Below are positions 29,489 through 39,515 of a DNA stretch of 64,000 nt, piece by piece. The notes beneath the pieces were generated by a model. That model was given only the letters and a program-made list of their open reading frames with translations, had not been told where the DNA came from and ran no database searches. Source of the stretch: Verrucomicrobiia bacterium (GTDB lineage: Bacteria; Omnitrophota; Omnitrophia; Omnitrophales; Aquincolibacteriaceae). The position numbers and the translations under genes were made by a program. The stretch's first letter is position 1, and each line of letters starts with the position of its first letter. The DNA lies in contig DATJFP010000036.1 in NCBI GenBank assembly GCA_035495615.1, forward strand, positions 6,795 through 70,794. Direction: 5' to 3'.

Positions 29489-30637
29489 ATGAATTTTGAT
29501 TTCAGTTCCGAACAGCTCACGCGTTACAGCCGGCACTTCATCCTTCCCGAGATCGGGGAGCCCGGGCAGAAGAAACTGCTCGCGTCCAAAGTGCTGCTCA
29601 TCGGTTCCGGCGGCCTGGGTTCGCCGATCGGCCTTTACCTTGCCGCGGCCGGCGTGGGCACGCTGGGCCTTGTGGATTTCGACAAGGTCGACCTTTCCAA
29701 CCTTCAGCGCCAGATCATCCACACGAACGATTCCATCGGCACGCCGAAGATTGAATCCGCGGAAAAGCGCATCAAGGCCATGAACCCGGACACGAAAATC
29801 GTGAAGTATCCGGTGAAAATCACTTCCGAGAATGCGCTCGACATCATCAAGGACTACGACCTCGTCATCGACGGCACGGACAATTTCCCGACGCGTTATC
29901 TCACGAGCGATGCCTGCGTATTCCTTAATAAGCCGAACATCTACGGTTCCATTTTCCGTTTTGACGGGCTCGCCACGGTTTTTAAATCCGACGAAGGCCC
30001 GTGCTACCGCTGCCTGTATCCGGAACCGCCTCCTCCGGGCATGGTCCCGAGCTGCGCCGAAGGCGGCGTGCTGGGCATTCTTCCGGGCGTCATCGGACTC
30101 ATCCAGGCGACCGAAGCCGTGAAGCTCCTCGTCGGCATCGGACGCACGCTGGTCGGGCGCCTGCTCGTTTACGACGCGCTGCAGATGACCTTCCGCGAGC
30201 TCAAATTGAAAAAAGATCCCAACTGCCCCGTGTGCGGCAAGAACCCGACGATCACCCAGCTCATCGACTACGAACAGTTCTGCGGCCTGGGACGCGGCGG
30301 AGCGCAGGACTCGATCGACGAAATCAGCGTGGTCGAGCTCAAGGCCAAGATCGATGCCAAGGGCGATTTCCTGCTGATCGACGTGCGCGAACCTTTCGAG
30401 TATCAAATTGCGAGCATCCAGGGGGCGAAACTCATGCCGCTCGGAACGCTGCAGGACCACCTCCCGGAACTCGAAGCCTACAAGAACAAGGAAATCGTGG
30501 CGCATTGCCATCATGGCGGCCGCAGCCGCCGCGCGCTGCAGATGCTTCAATCCAGGGGCTTCAAGAAGCTGAAGAACGTCGCGGGCGGCATCGACCAGTG
30601 GTCGGAAAAAGTCGACCCGGCCGTCGCGCGTTACTAA
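29489..30637 (+). CDS. MoeB/MoeZ-type adenylyltransferase with C-terminal rhodanese domain (sulfur-carrier protein adenylyltransferase/sulfurtransferase)
   Basis: RYSRHFILPEIG, GSGGLGS, CxxC pairs (CYRC, CPVC), C-terminal rhodanese with active-site CHHGGRS. Confidence 0.85.
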   Translation: MNFDFSSEQLTRYSRHFILPEIGEPGQKKLLASKVLLIGSGGLGSPIGLYLAAAGVGTLGLVDFDKVDLSNLQRQIIHTNDSIGTPKIESAEKRIKAMNPDTKIVKYPVKITSENALDIIKDYDLVIDGTDNFPTRYLTSDACVFLNKPNIYGSIFRFDGLATVFKSDEGPCYRCLYPEPPPPGMVPSCAEGGVLGILPGVIGLIQATEAVKLLVGIGRTLVGRLLVYDALQMTFRELKLKKDPNCPVCGKNPTITQLIDYEQFCGLGRGGAQDSIDEISVVELKAKIDAKGDFLLIDVREPFEYQIASIQGAKLMPLGTLQDHLPELEAYKNKEIVAHCHHGGRSRRALQMLQSRGFKKLKNVAGGIDQWSEKVDPAVARY

Positions 30638-30663
30638 ACTTCTTCCCGTACCGGACAACTTTT

Positions 30664-31800
30664 ATGGCGTCATTCTGGAAGAAAATCCGCAAAGACTTCC
30701 CCAATGCGCGCCGCTCTGTCTACTTGGACCACGCCGCCGGCGGCCCGGTTCCCGCTCCCGTCGCTTCCCGCATCAAACAGCACCTCGAAGAAAACGCCCG
30801 CGAGGCGGACTTTGCCTGGCCTCGCTGGACGCGCCAACTGGATGAAGCGCGCGAAAAAGCGGCGCGTTTCATTAATGCAGACCCGGACGAAGTCGCCTTC
30901 ATCCAGAGCACGTCGCAGGGCATGAACTACATTGCCGACATGGCCGCGGGCGAAGGCAAAGTCCTCGCGAGCACGAGCGAATTCCCGTCGTCCACGCTGC
31001 CTTGGCTGTGGCGCAAGGCGCGCATGGTCTTCCAGACGCCAAAAGGCCCGGGCGTCATGCCGGCGGAAATCAAAAAGGTTCTTCCCGGCGTCAAAACAAT
31101 CCTTACGAGTTACGTTCAATACGCCACCGGTTTTCGGCAGGACCTCGAAGCGCTCGGCAAAATGAAGGGGAATCGCTTTCTCGCCGTGAACGCGACGCAG
31201 GGTTTCGGCGTGCTGCCCGTGGACGTCAAAAAATGGAACGCGGATTTTCTTTGCACGAACAGCTACAAGTGGCTGATGGCCGGCTACGGCGGCGGCCTCC
31301 TGTACGTGCGCCGGAAATGGCTGAAGAAATACAAGCCCGCTTCCCTCGGCTGGCGGAGCGTTGTCGACTCGGATAAAATGGACAACCGAAACACGCGGGC
31401 GCGGGCCGAGGCGGCGCGCTACGAGTTCGGGTGCTCGAGCTTTTCCACGATTTTCGCCGTGACCGCCGCGATCGATTATCTGTCCGGCATCGGCATGCGG
31501 AAAATCGAGGAACGGGTACTGGAATTGACCGATTTTGCCGTTGAACAGTTGCAAAGGAAGGGGTTCCGCATCCTTTCCTCGCTGGAAAGAAAGCACCGGT
31601 CCGGCATCGTGATCGTGGGCGTGGAAAATCCCGAACCGGTGTGGCGCCGGCTGCTGGGGAGCGGAATTTTTACGACCGTGCGCGGCGGCGGCCTCCGGCT
31701 TGCGCCGCATTTCTACAATTCCATGGAAGAAATCGAATTTTTCGTGAAAACCCTCGCCCAATGCCGGGACAAGCAAGGGGCGAAAAGAAAGGCCGTATGA
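30664..31800 (+). CDS. Aminotransferase class V (cysteine desulfurase-like) PLP enzyme
   Basis: YLDHAAGGPVP, PLP-lysine region TNSYKWLMAGYGGGLLYV, ~380 aa fold. The track ORF from 30001 is an upstream in-frame extension. Confidence 0.7.
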   Translation: MASFWKKIRKDFPNARRSVYLDHAAGGPVPAPVASRIKQHLEENAREADFAWPRWTRQLDEAREKAARFINADPDEVAFIQSTSQGMNYIADMAAGEGKVLASTSEFPSSTLPWLWRKARMVFQTPKGPGVMPAEIKKVLPGVKTILTSYVQYATGFRQDLEALGKMKGNRFLAVNATQGFGVLPVDVKKWNADFLCTNSYKWLMAGYGGGLLYVRRKWLKKYKPASLGWRSVVDSDKMDNRNTRARAEAARYEFGCSSFSTIFAVTAAIDYLSGIGMRKIEERVLELTDFAVEQLQRKGFRILSSLERKHRSGIVIVGVENPEPVWRRLLGSGIFTTVRGGGLRLAPHFYNSMEEIEFFVKTLAQCRDKQGAKRKAV

Positions 31801-33062
31801 AAAAAAAAGCAGCCGTCTCAAAGAGCAAGGCATTCAGCGCGTTCGAGTCCGTGAATTTCTACCTGGAAAAGGCCTTTGATTTCCTCGGCTACAACGCGCC
31901 CATGCGCACGCTGCTGAAAACCCCCTGGCGCGAGATCCAGGTGATCGTGCCGGTCCGGATGGACAACGGCGAACTGCGGATCTTCGAAGGCTACCGCGTG
32001 CAGCACAGTGCCGCGCGCGGCCCGTACAAGGGCGGCATCCGTTACCATCCCGAAACCGATCTCGACGACGTGCGCGCGCTGTCGTCGCTCATGAGCTGGA
32101 AGACGGCGCTCGTCAACATCCCGTTCGGCGGAGCCAAGGGCGGCGTGCGCTGCGCGCCGGAAAAACTCTCGCCCCGCGAGCTGCAGACGCTTACGCGATC
32201 CTACATTAATAATATCCAGAGCGTGATCGGGCCTTACCACGACATCCCGGCCCCGGATGTGGGCACGAATTCCCAGGTCATGGCGTGGATCATGGACGAA
32301 TACTCGATTACGCACGGCCACACGCCCGCGGTGGTGACGGGCAAGCCGCCTGCGCTCGGCGGCATGAAGGAAAGGGAAGAGGCGACGGGCCGCGGTGTCA
32401 GCCTGATCGCGGAAATGCTGTGCGAAGACCTGAAGCTCTCGCTCTCGCGCGCCACCTGCGCGGTCCAGGGTTTCGGCAATGTGGGTTCGCACGCGGCAAG
32501 GCTTCTTTGGGAAAAAGGCGTGAAGATCACCGCGGTGTCCGGCAAGGAAGGCGGGCTTCACAATCCCAAAGGACTCGATATCCCGGACCTTCTCAATCAC
32601 GCGGCCAAGGGCGGTCTCCTGACCGATTATCCCGAGGCCGACGTCATGACCAACGAAGAATTGCTCGCGGCTAAATGCGATATCCTGATTCCCGCGGCGC
32701 TCGGCAACGTCCTCGACAAGACCAACGCCAAAAAAGTACGCGCGCGCGTGATCCTGGAAGGCGCCAATGGCCCGACGAATCCGGACGCGGACGATATTTT
32801 CGCGGAGAAAGGCGTGGTCGTGATCCCGGACATCCTGGCCAATGCCGGCGGCGTCATCGTGTCGTATTTCGAGTGGGTTCAGAACATCCAGCAGTATTCG
32901 TGGGAAAAATATCACATCAACCTGGAGCTGAAAAAAATCCTGACCAAGGCCTACCAGGACATGAAACAGTTTTCGCGCAAACACAAGGTGTCCTACCGCA
33001 TCGCCTCGTTCATCCTGGGTGTCGGCCGCGTCGCCGAGGCGGAACGGCTGCGCGGAACATGA
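31797..33062 (+). CDS. gdhA: Glutamate dehydrogenase (Glu/Leu/Phe/Val dehydrogenase family)
   Basis: GPYKGGIRYHP, catalytic-lysine motif PFGGAKGG, dinucleotide fold GFGNVGSH; start overlaps the upstream stop. Confidence 0.9.
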   Translation: MKKKAAVSKSKAFSAFESVNFYLEKAFDFLGYNAPMRTLLKTPWREIQVIVPVRMDNGELRIFEGYRVQHSAARGPYKGGIRYHPETDLDDVRALSSLMSWKTALVNIPFGGAKGGVRCAPEKLSPRELQTLTRSYINNIQSVIGPYHDIPAPDVGTNSQVMAWIMDEYSITHGHTPAVVTGKPPALGGMKEREEATGRGVSLIAEMLCEDLKLSLSRATCAVQGFGNVGSHAARLLWEKGVKITAVSGKEGGLHNPKGLDIPDLLNHAAKGGLLTDYPEADVMTNEELLAAKCDILIPAALGNVLDKTNAKKVRARVILEGANGPTNPDADDIFAEKGVVVIPDILANAGGVIVSYFEWVQNIQQYSWEKYHINLELKKILTKAYQDMKQFSRKHKVSYRIASFILGVGRVAEAERLRGT

Positions 33063-34285
33063 CGCTTGCCCGACGCCGCTTTTTGTTTTTCTGCGCGCTC
33101 GCCGTTGCTTTTACGGTTTGCGTCGATAATCTCGTCGGCAAGGCGGTGGACCCTTATCTCGAAAGGCTGCTGGCCAATTTGTTCGGATGTCCCGTCCGGA
33201 TCGAGGCGCTGCAAATGAACATCATTACCGGACGCGTGCACGTGTCCGGCTTCGAAATCCGCAATCCTCCCGGATTTTCCGAAACGCCGCACCTGTGGGC
33301 CAAGTCGCTTGATTTTTCCCTGGATTTTCTCGGGCTTCTGCAGCACAAGGTTCTGATTTCGAAGGTCACGTTTCAGGATCTTTTCTTCCTGATCGAGCGC
33401 CAGCAATTTCCGGACGACAAGTGGAGCAATATCAGGAAGTGGGTGCATCACATCCGTGACCGCAATGACGATAAGCCCGAAGGGCCGGAAGAAAGTCCGT
33501 CCTGGATCGTGGACATCGCGAAGATCGAGTTCCATAACAGCACCTTCATTTTCGACGACAGGACGCGGGCGGACCACGAAAACAGGTACGTGTTCGACAG
33601 GCTGGACGGCAGCCTCGACGGATTTCATTGGCCCACGGATTCGCCGACCGATCTCCACCAGAAGGTTCACGTCAAGGGAATCATGGGCGCCGACGGCCCT
33701 TCTACTCTCGAGATCGACGGCGACGCGAATTTCGCGACCAAGCACGTGAGTTTTGATTTGACCGGTTATGCCAAGGGCGGCAAAATTAACGAATACCGCC
33801 GGTTTTGGAAAGAATATCCGATCCAGGTGCAGGACGGAAAATTCGATCTGGCCATCCGCATGATCTGCATGGACCGCCAGATCAAGACGCAGACCATGCT
33901 CCGGCTTTATGAATTGAGCGTGATGCCCGGCGGCAAGCCCGCCGAGCTCTTCCTCGGCGTGCCGTATACCGCCGCGCTGGCGTTTTTGCAAAGCCAAAAA
34001 GAGATCCACCTGAAGATCCCGGTGTCCGGAGACATCCGTGAGCCGGAGTTCGAATTTAACCGCGCCTTCGGCCGCGCGTTCCAGGAATCGTTGAGCCATA
34101 AGATGCAGTCCGGCATCCGCGCGCTCACGGTCGCCCCGGTCATCCTGGCGGAAAAGACGGGCAAGGCTGTCACCGAAACCGTCGTCGGCACGCAGGAGAA
34201 GCTGACCGGCGGTCTGGAAAAGATTACTTCGTTTGTCGTGAAAAAAGAAGCGGAACCGAAAGAAGGGGAATCGAATGGAACGTAA
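33059..34285 (+). CDS. Hypothetical exported protein
   Basis: N-terminal signal/anchor (RRRFLFFCALAVAFTVCV); no recognised domain. Start ATGA-overlaps the gdhA stop and the 3' end overlaps era by 11 nt. Confidence 0.5.
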   Translation: MTLARRRFLFFCALAVAFTVCVDNLVGKAVDPYLERLLANLFGCPVRIEALQMNIITGRVHVSGFEIRNPPGFSETPHLWAKSLDFSLDFLGLLQHKVLISKVTFQDLFFLIERQQFPDDKWSNIRKWVHHIRDRNDDKPEGPEESPSWIVDIAKIEFHNSTFIFDDRTRADHENRYVFDRLDGSLDGFHWPTDSPTDLHQKVHVKGIMGADGPSTLEIDGDANFATKHVSFDLTGYAKGGKINEYRRFWKEYPIQVQDGKFDLAIRMICMDRQIKTQTMLRLYELSVMPGGKPAELFLGVPYTAALAFLQSQKEIHLKIPVSGDIREPEFEFNRAFGRAFQESLSHKMQSGIRALTVAPVILAEKTGKAVTETVVGTQEKLTGGLEKITSFVVKKEAEPKEGESNGT

Positions 34286-35156
34286 ATGCGGCTTTGTTTC
34301 TATCATCGGAAAGCCGAACGTCGGCAAATCCACGCTGCTTAATTCTCTGGTCGGCGAGAAACTCGCGGGCGTTTCGCCCAAGCCGCAGACGACGCGCGGC
34401 GTCACGCGCGGCATCGTCTCGCGCAAGGAAGGCCAGATCGTGTACCTGGACACGCCCGGGTTCCACAAGCCCGCGGACAGGCTCGGGGAATGGATGCTGC
34501 ACGAAGTCGAACAGTCGCTCGAAGATTCCGACCTGATCTACTGGATGGTGCTGCCTCTGCGGCCCGAGGCGGCCGAATACCGCCTTGTGGAGCTTTTGAA
34601 AAAATCCGGGCTTCCGGTTTTTCTCCTCGTCAACCAGGTGGACAAGTTTCCCAAGCCGGATGTGCTTCCGGCGCTCGAGGCCTATTCCAAGCTGCATGAC
34701 TTCAAGGAGCTCATCCCGATCTCGGCCAAGCAGGGCACGCAGGTGGATCTGCTCGTGCAAAAAACGCTCGAGCATCTTCCGGAAGGCGAGCCGATGTTTC
34801 CCGAAGACCAGCTCTCGGACCAGAACGTGCGGTTCATCGTAGGGGAACTCATCCGCGAGAAAATTTATCTCATGACCGGCCAGGAAGTGCCCTACGACAC
34901 CGCGCTCATGATCGACGACTACAAGGAGCGCGAAGACGGGGTCGTGGAAGTCTATGCCACGTTCGTCGTGGAAAAAGAATCGCAGAAAGCGATCCTGATC
35001 GGCAAGCAGGGCACCAAGATGAAAGAGATCGGGCAGGCCGCGCGCCTGGACGTGGAAAATTTTCTGGGGAAAAGGGTTTTCCTGAAATTGTGGGTCAAGA
35101 CCATGGAGCATTGGAAGCGGGACGCTTCCTCGCTCCGCCAGCTGGGGTACCAATAA
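34275..35156 (+). CDS. era: GTPase Era
   Basis: G1 GKPNVGKST, G3 DTPG, G4 NQVD, C-terminal KH domain (ILIGKQGTKMKEIG). Confidence 0.9.
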   Translation: MERKCGFVSIIGKPNVGKSTLLNSLVGEKLAGVSPKPQTTRGVTRGIVSRKEGQIVYLDTPGFHKPADRLGEWMLHEVEQSLEDSDLIYWMVLPLRPEAAEYRLVELLKKSGLPVFLLVNQVDKFPKPDVLPALEAYSKLHDFKELIPISAKQGTQVDLLVQKTLEHLPEGEPMFPEDQLSDQNVRFIVGELIREKIYLMTGQEVPYDTALMIDDYKEREDGVVEVYATFVVEKESQKAILIGKQGTKMKEIGQAARLDVENFLGKRVFLKLWVKTMEHWKRDASSLRQLGYQ

Positions 35157-36110
35157 ATGAAGATCCTTGTTTTCGGCGCCGGATCCATCGGCATGACGTT
35201 CGGCGGTTTTCTTTCGCCGCGCCATGACGTGACGCTGCTCGGCCGCAAACCTCACATGGAAGCGGTGCGGCGGCGGGGCCTGCGCGTGGGCGGCATCTGG
35301 GGACGGCACGTTTTCCGCCGGCTGAAAACCGCGACGGATCCGCGTGCGCTGGGCCGCGATTATGACCTGATCCTTCTTACCGTCAAATCCTACGACACGG
35401 AAAAGGCCGCGCGCCGGCTCCGAAATCTTCTCGGGCCCAACACCGCCGTTGTGTCGCTTCAGAACGGCGTGGGAAACCTGGAAATCCTGCGGCGCCATCT
35501 GCCTGCGGACCGCGTCCTTGGGGCGCGCGTTATTTTCGGCGTCGTGATGAAGGGGCCGGCCGATCTTGAGGTGACGGTGATTGCCAAACCTACGGCCGTG
35601 GGCGAAGCCTCATTGAAAAAAATAACGCCGCGCGCGAAAAAAATCGCAGCCATGTTCGACCGCGCGGGCCTTCCGAGCGTGCCGGCCGCGGACATCCAGA
35701 GCGTGCTGTGGGCGAAGCTCGTCTACAACTGCGCGCTGAACCCGCTTGCGTCGCTTCTCGGATCAAATTATGGTTTTCTTGGCGACCACGGACTGACGCG
35801 CTCGCTCATGGACGAGATCATTGCCGAAGTTTACCGCGTGGCGCGCGCCGGAAGGGTTGTCATGAATCCTCCGAATGAGGCCGCGTACCGGAAATTATTT
35901 TACGGAAAGCTCGTGCCCAGCACCTACCATCACCACCCTTCCATGCTTCAGGACCTGCGGAACGGCAAGCGCACGGAGATCGAAGCCCTGAGCGGCGCGG
36001 TCGTGCGCATGGCCCGCAAAACCGGCAAGGCCGCGCCCGTCAATGAGTACCTCTGGAAGGCGATCCGCGAAAAGCAGGCGGGCATCAAAGAAAGGCCGCA
36101 TGGCGTTTAA
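35157..36110 (+). CDS. panE: 2-dehydropantoate 2-reductase (ApbA/PanE family)
   Basis: MKILVFGAGSIG Rossmann N-terminus and ApbA_C-like C-terminal region. Confidence 0.7.
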   Translation: MKILVFGAGSIGMTFGGFLSPRHDVTLLGRKPHMEAVRRRGLRVGGIWGRHVFRRLKTATDPRALGRDYDLILLTVKSYDTEKAARRLRNLLGPNTAVVSLQNGVGNLEILRRHLPADRVLGARVIFGVVMKGPADLEVTVIAKPTAVGEASLKKITPRAKKIAAMFDRAGLPSVPAADIQSVLWAKLVYNCALNPLASLLGSNYGFLGDHGLTRSLMDEIIAEVYRVARAGRVVMNPPNEAAYRKLFYGKLVPSTYHHHPSMLQDLRNGKRTEIEALSGAVVRMARKTGKAAPVNEYLWKAIREKQAGIKERPHGV

Positions 36111-36894
36111 CCTGCTCATGTGCCCGCCCGATTATTTCGAGGTGGCTTACGAAATCAATCCGTGGATGAGCATCGAGCGCCGCGTCCACCAGGAAGCCGC
36201 GCAAAAGCAGTGGCAGGATTATTACAATCTCCTGACCGGCACGCTGAAGGTGAAGGTGGAGCTGCTGGAGCCCGTGCGCGGGCTGCCGGACCTTGTCTTC
36301 ACCGCGAACGGCGGCATCGTGCACAAACGGCTTTTTGTGCGCAGCAATTTCCGGCACAAGGAAAGAAAAGGCGAGGAGCCGTATTTCGAGAAGTGGTTCA
36401 AGAAAAAGGGCTACAAAGTGAAGACGATCGGCCGTCCGCTGTGTTTCGAAGGCGAAGGCGATGCGCTCATGATGGGCAAGGATTTGTACACGGGGTTTCA
36501 TTTCCGTTCGGATGTCGAAGCGCATGACGCCGTGTCCGGCCATCTGAACCTGACCTACTTTGCGCTCGAGCTTTGCGACGAACGCTTTTATCATCTGGAT
36601 ACGTGCTTCGCGCCGCTCAACGAAAAGTCCGCGCTGGTTTATTTCCCGGCCTTCGAGCCGTACGCGCAGCTCGTCCTTTGGGAAAATGTTTCGGACCCGA
36701 TCCAGGTTCCGGAAAACGAGGCCGTGCGCTTTGCGTGCAATGCCGTGGTGCTCGGCACCGACGTCGTGATGCCGGACGGATGCCCGCAGACGACGGCCGA
36801 GCTTGAAAAGCGGGGCTTTCGCGTGTATCCTCTCGACTTTTCCGAATTCATGAAAGCCGGCGGCGCGGCCAAGTGCCTCGTCTTGAAAATCTAA
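36100..36894 (+). CDS. Amidinotransferase-superfamily enzyme (dimethylarginine dimethylaminohydrolase/arginine-deiminase-like)
   Basis: ~265 aa with C-terminal catalytic Cys context GGAAKCLVL and fold-typical FHLDTCF; overlaps panE by 11 nt. Confidence 0.55.
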   Translation: MAFNLLMCPPDYFEVAYEINPWMSIERRVHQEAAQKQWQDYYNLLTGTLKVKVELLEPVRGLPDLVFTANGGIVHKRLFVRSNFRHKERKGEEPYFEKWFKKKGYKVKTIGRPLCFEGEGDALMMGKDLYTGFHFRSDVEAHDAVSGHLNLTYFALELCDERFYHLDTCFAPLNEKSALVYFPAFEPYAQLVLWENVSDPIQVPENEAVRFACNAVVLGTDVVMPDGCPQTTAELEKRGFRVYPLDFSEFMKAGGAAKCLVLKI

Positions 36895-36903
36895 ATTCCT
36901 CGA

Positions 36904-36958
36904 AATGGACGGGGACAGGTCTTTAGACCTGTCCCCACAGGTTCGAATGCACAAGGCC
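36904..36958 (+). repeat. REP-like intergenic palindromic repeat, copy C (best-conserved)
   Basis: aATGGACGGGGACAGGTCTTTAGACCTGTCCCCACAGGTTCGAATGCACAAGGCC: perfect 11-bp stem ggggacaggtc/gacctgtcccc with a TTTA loop. Confidence 0.7.
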
Positions 36959-36990
36959 GGTGGGATGCGCGCCGGCCTTAAAGGCAAGGT

Positions 36991-37983
36991 ATGGAACTCA
37001 ACAAAAAAGCCGTGGCGCTTCTTTCGGGAGGGCTCGATTCCATGCTGGCCATCTGCCTGATGCGCGAGCAGGGGATCGAAGTGCATGCCCTGAACATCCA
37101 GACCATGTTCGGCTGCTGCAAGGACGACGCGCGTCAGGCCGCGCATGATCTCGGCGTCGACTTCGCGGTGCTGAAGGTGGGCGACGATTACCTGAACCTC
37201 GTCCGCAGCCCGAAATACGGGCATGGCCGCGGCATCAACCCGTGCGTGGATTGCCGCATTTACATGTTCGACCTGGCCAAAAAATACATGGCGCAGACAG
37301 GCGCATCGTTTCTCGTGACCGGCGAAGTCCTGAACCAGCGCCCCATGTCCCAGAAGATGAGCGATTTCGTCACGATCGAAGCGGACTCGGGGCTCGAAGG
37401 GCTGATCGTGCGGCCGCTTTCAGCCAAGCGCCTGCCGGTCACGCGGCCGGAAAAGGAAGGCATGCTCGATCGCGCGAAGATGCTTGGGCTTCAGGGCCGT
37501 TCACGCGTGCGGCTTATCGCGATCGCCAAGCGCTACGGCATCATGAATCCGCCGGCGCCTTCGTCGGGCTGTTCGCTCGTGGCGCCGGAATTTGCGCAAA
37601 AAGTACGCGACATCTTCGAGCATGCCGACGATTACCAGCGCTGGGAATTCGAGATCCTGAAAATGGGGAGGCATTTTCGTTTGTCGCCGCGCTCGCGCGT
37701 GATCCTGGGGCGCAACGAAGAGCAAAACCAGTATTTTGAATACCTGCATCCCGAAGGCACGGTGCTCATGACGCCGCAGAATTTCGAAGGACCGGCCGCG
37801 CTCGTCGTGGGGCCCGAAGCCCGTGAAAATTTGAAAGAGGCGGCCGCGCTCATCCTGCGTTTTTCCCGCAAGCCTTTCCCGGAAGAGGCGCGGGTGCAGG
37901 CCGAATGCGGCGCAGCCCTCGAAACCGTTTCTGTTACCGAACCCACAAGTGATGAACAATTCGAAAAGGTAAGGATCGTATGA
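36991..37983 (+). CDS. PP-loop superfamily ATP pyrophosphatase, ThiI-like (predicted tRNA/sulfur transfer enzyme lacking a THUMP domain)
   Basis: PP-loop SGGLDS; ThiI-like blocks FLVTGEVLNQRPMSQ and IVRPL; conserved Cys in NPCVDC. Confidence 0.55.
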   Translation: MELNKKAVALLSGGLDSMLAICLMREQGIEVHALNIQTMFGCCKDDARQAAHDLGVDFAVLKVGDDYLNLVRSPKYGHGRGINPCVDCRIYMFDLAKKYMAQTGASFLVTGEVLNQRPMSQKMSDFVTIEADSGLEGLIVRPLSAKRLPVTRPEKEGMLDRAKMLGLQGRSRVRLIAIAKRYGIMNPPAPSSGCSLVAPEFAQKVRDIFEHADDYQRWEFEILKMGRHFRLSPRSRVILGRNEEQNQYFEYLHPEGTVLMTPQNFEGPAALVVGPEARENLKEAAALILRFSRKPFPEEARVQAECGAALETVSVTEPTSDEQFEKVRIV

Positions 37984-38597
37984 AATCAAAACCCGAAATC
38001 AAAACCGTGATCTTCGACCTCGGCAACGTGCTGCTCAACTTCGACGCCCGGCGCTCCGCGCTGCGCTTTTCCAAGGAATGCAAGGTCTCCGTGACCCGGG
38101 CCTGGACCCATTTCTTCACTTCCAAGACCGAAAAGGCGTACACGCGCGGCGAAATTACCTGCCGCCAGTTTTACGAGCACGCGCGCGAGGTCCTCAAAAT
38201 GCCTGTCGATTTCAAGACGTTCAAGCATTACTGGAACGACATCTTCTGGGAAAACGAAGGCATGGACGATCTTCTGGCCGACCTGTCGAAGCGGTATCCG
38301 CTTTATCTGATCTCGAACACGAACAAAATGCATTTCGATCACATCAAAAAGAATTTTAAAATTCTCCGCCACTTCAAAAAGACCTACCCTTCCCACGAGG
38401 TCGGCGCGCGCAAGCCGGATGTCATCATTTACGAGCGCGTCCTGGCCAAGATCGGCTACAAGCCGGAAGAGACCGTGTTCGTGGACGATAAGCGCGAATT
38501 CATCAAGGGCGCGAAAGAGGCGGGCATGAACGGCATCATCTTCCGCAGCAAGAAGCAGCTCATCCGCGACCTGAAAAAGCTCGGCGTCAAAATTTAA
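37980..38597 (+). CDS. HAD-superfamily hydrolase (subfamily IA-like)
   Basis: Motif I VIFDLGNVL, motif II LISNT, C-terminal FVDDK. Confidence 0.75.
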   Translation: MKSKPEIKTVIFDLGNVLLNFDARRSALRFSKECKVSVTRAWTHFFTSKTEKAYTRGEITCRQFYEHAREVLKMPVDFKTFKHYWNDIFWENEGMDDLLADLSKRYPLYLISNTNKMHFDHIKKNFKILRHFKKTYPSHEVGARKPDVIIYERVLAKIGYKPEETVFVDDKREFIKGAKEAGMNGIIFRSKKQLIRDLKKLGVKI

Positions 38598-38676
38598 TCG
38601 GTCCGGATTCCGGGCTTCCTTTCTTTTTTTCGCGTTTTAAAAATCAGCGCGGCGTCCGTCCGCCTACAATGGATGG

Positions 38677-39411
38677 ATGACCGCATTTGTTTCCTCCTGC
38701 GCGGGCCGCCTGATCCTGGCCATGGTTCCCGGGCAGTTCATCCTTCCCGAACAGGCGCCGGAGGTCCGAGTCATCCTCGAAAAAATTTGCCGGCGCGCCG
38801 GGATTCCGGTTCCGGGTCTTTACGTGATCGCAAGCGCCGGCGGATATGCGTTCACCGTACGCGGCCCGCGCGGCCATGTGATCGCGCTCTCGCAGGGGCT
38901 TTTCGAAATCCTCAACCGCGAAGAATTTGAAGGGCTCCTTGCCCATGAAGCCGCTCACATTGTCCGGGGCGACGTGTCCCGGTCGGCGATTGCCGCGGCC
39001 GGGCTGGCGTTACTTTCCAGGATGGCCGCAATCGTGCGCTGGACCGTGGCCGCCTCAGGCGAGGGAGGAAACCCGGACCGCCATCCTTTAGTCCTCCTGG
39101 CCGAGGCCCTGCTCTTTCCGTTCCGCGCGCTGGTGCGTCATGCGCTGGTTCCCCGGAACCGCGAAGAAAGGGCGGATGAGGCGTCTCTTGCCTGGTCCGG
39201 CCATCCGCTTTATCTCGCGGGCGCGCTCAAAAAAATGGAAGCGCGGAACCGGCGGTTTCCGAATCCGGCACTGCGGGAAGACCTGGCGCATTTGCCGCCT
39301 CTGGACCCTTGCCCCGGCGGCGGATTTTTCCGGCTGAAAGGGACGCATCCCCGCCTGGAAGCGCGCCTCGCCCGTCTTGAAAAAGCGGGCCGTTATAAAG
39401 ACGCCGTCTGA
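38677..39411 (+). CDS. M48-family zinc metalloprotease-like protein
   Basis: HEAAH (HExxH) zinc-binding motif in HtpX-like context (LLAHEAAHIVRGD). Confidence 0.55.
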   Translation: MTAFVSSCAGRLILAMVPGQFILPEQAPEVRVILEKICRRAGIPVPGLYVIASAGGYAFTVRGPRGHVIALSQGLFEILNREEFEGLLAHEAAHIVRGDVSRSAIAAAGLALLSRMAAIVRWTVAASGEGGNPDRHPLVLLAEALLFPFRALVRHALVPRNREERADEASLAWSGHPLYLAGALKKMEARNRRFPNPALREDLAHLPPLDPCPGGGFFRLKGTHPRLEARLARLEKAGRYKDAV

Positions 39412-39515
39412 TTTTTCCCTTAACTTATCGAAGGTATTGACGTTAAAAGGGGGAGCCATTAAACTAACCGGGAATTCAGCACCGAACTTATCTTTTTTGG
39501 ACGAAAGGAGCCGTT

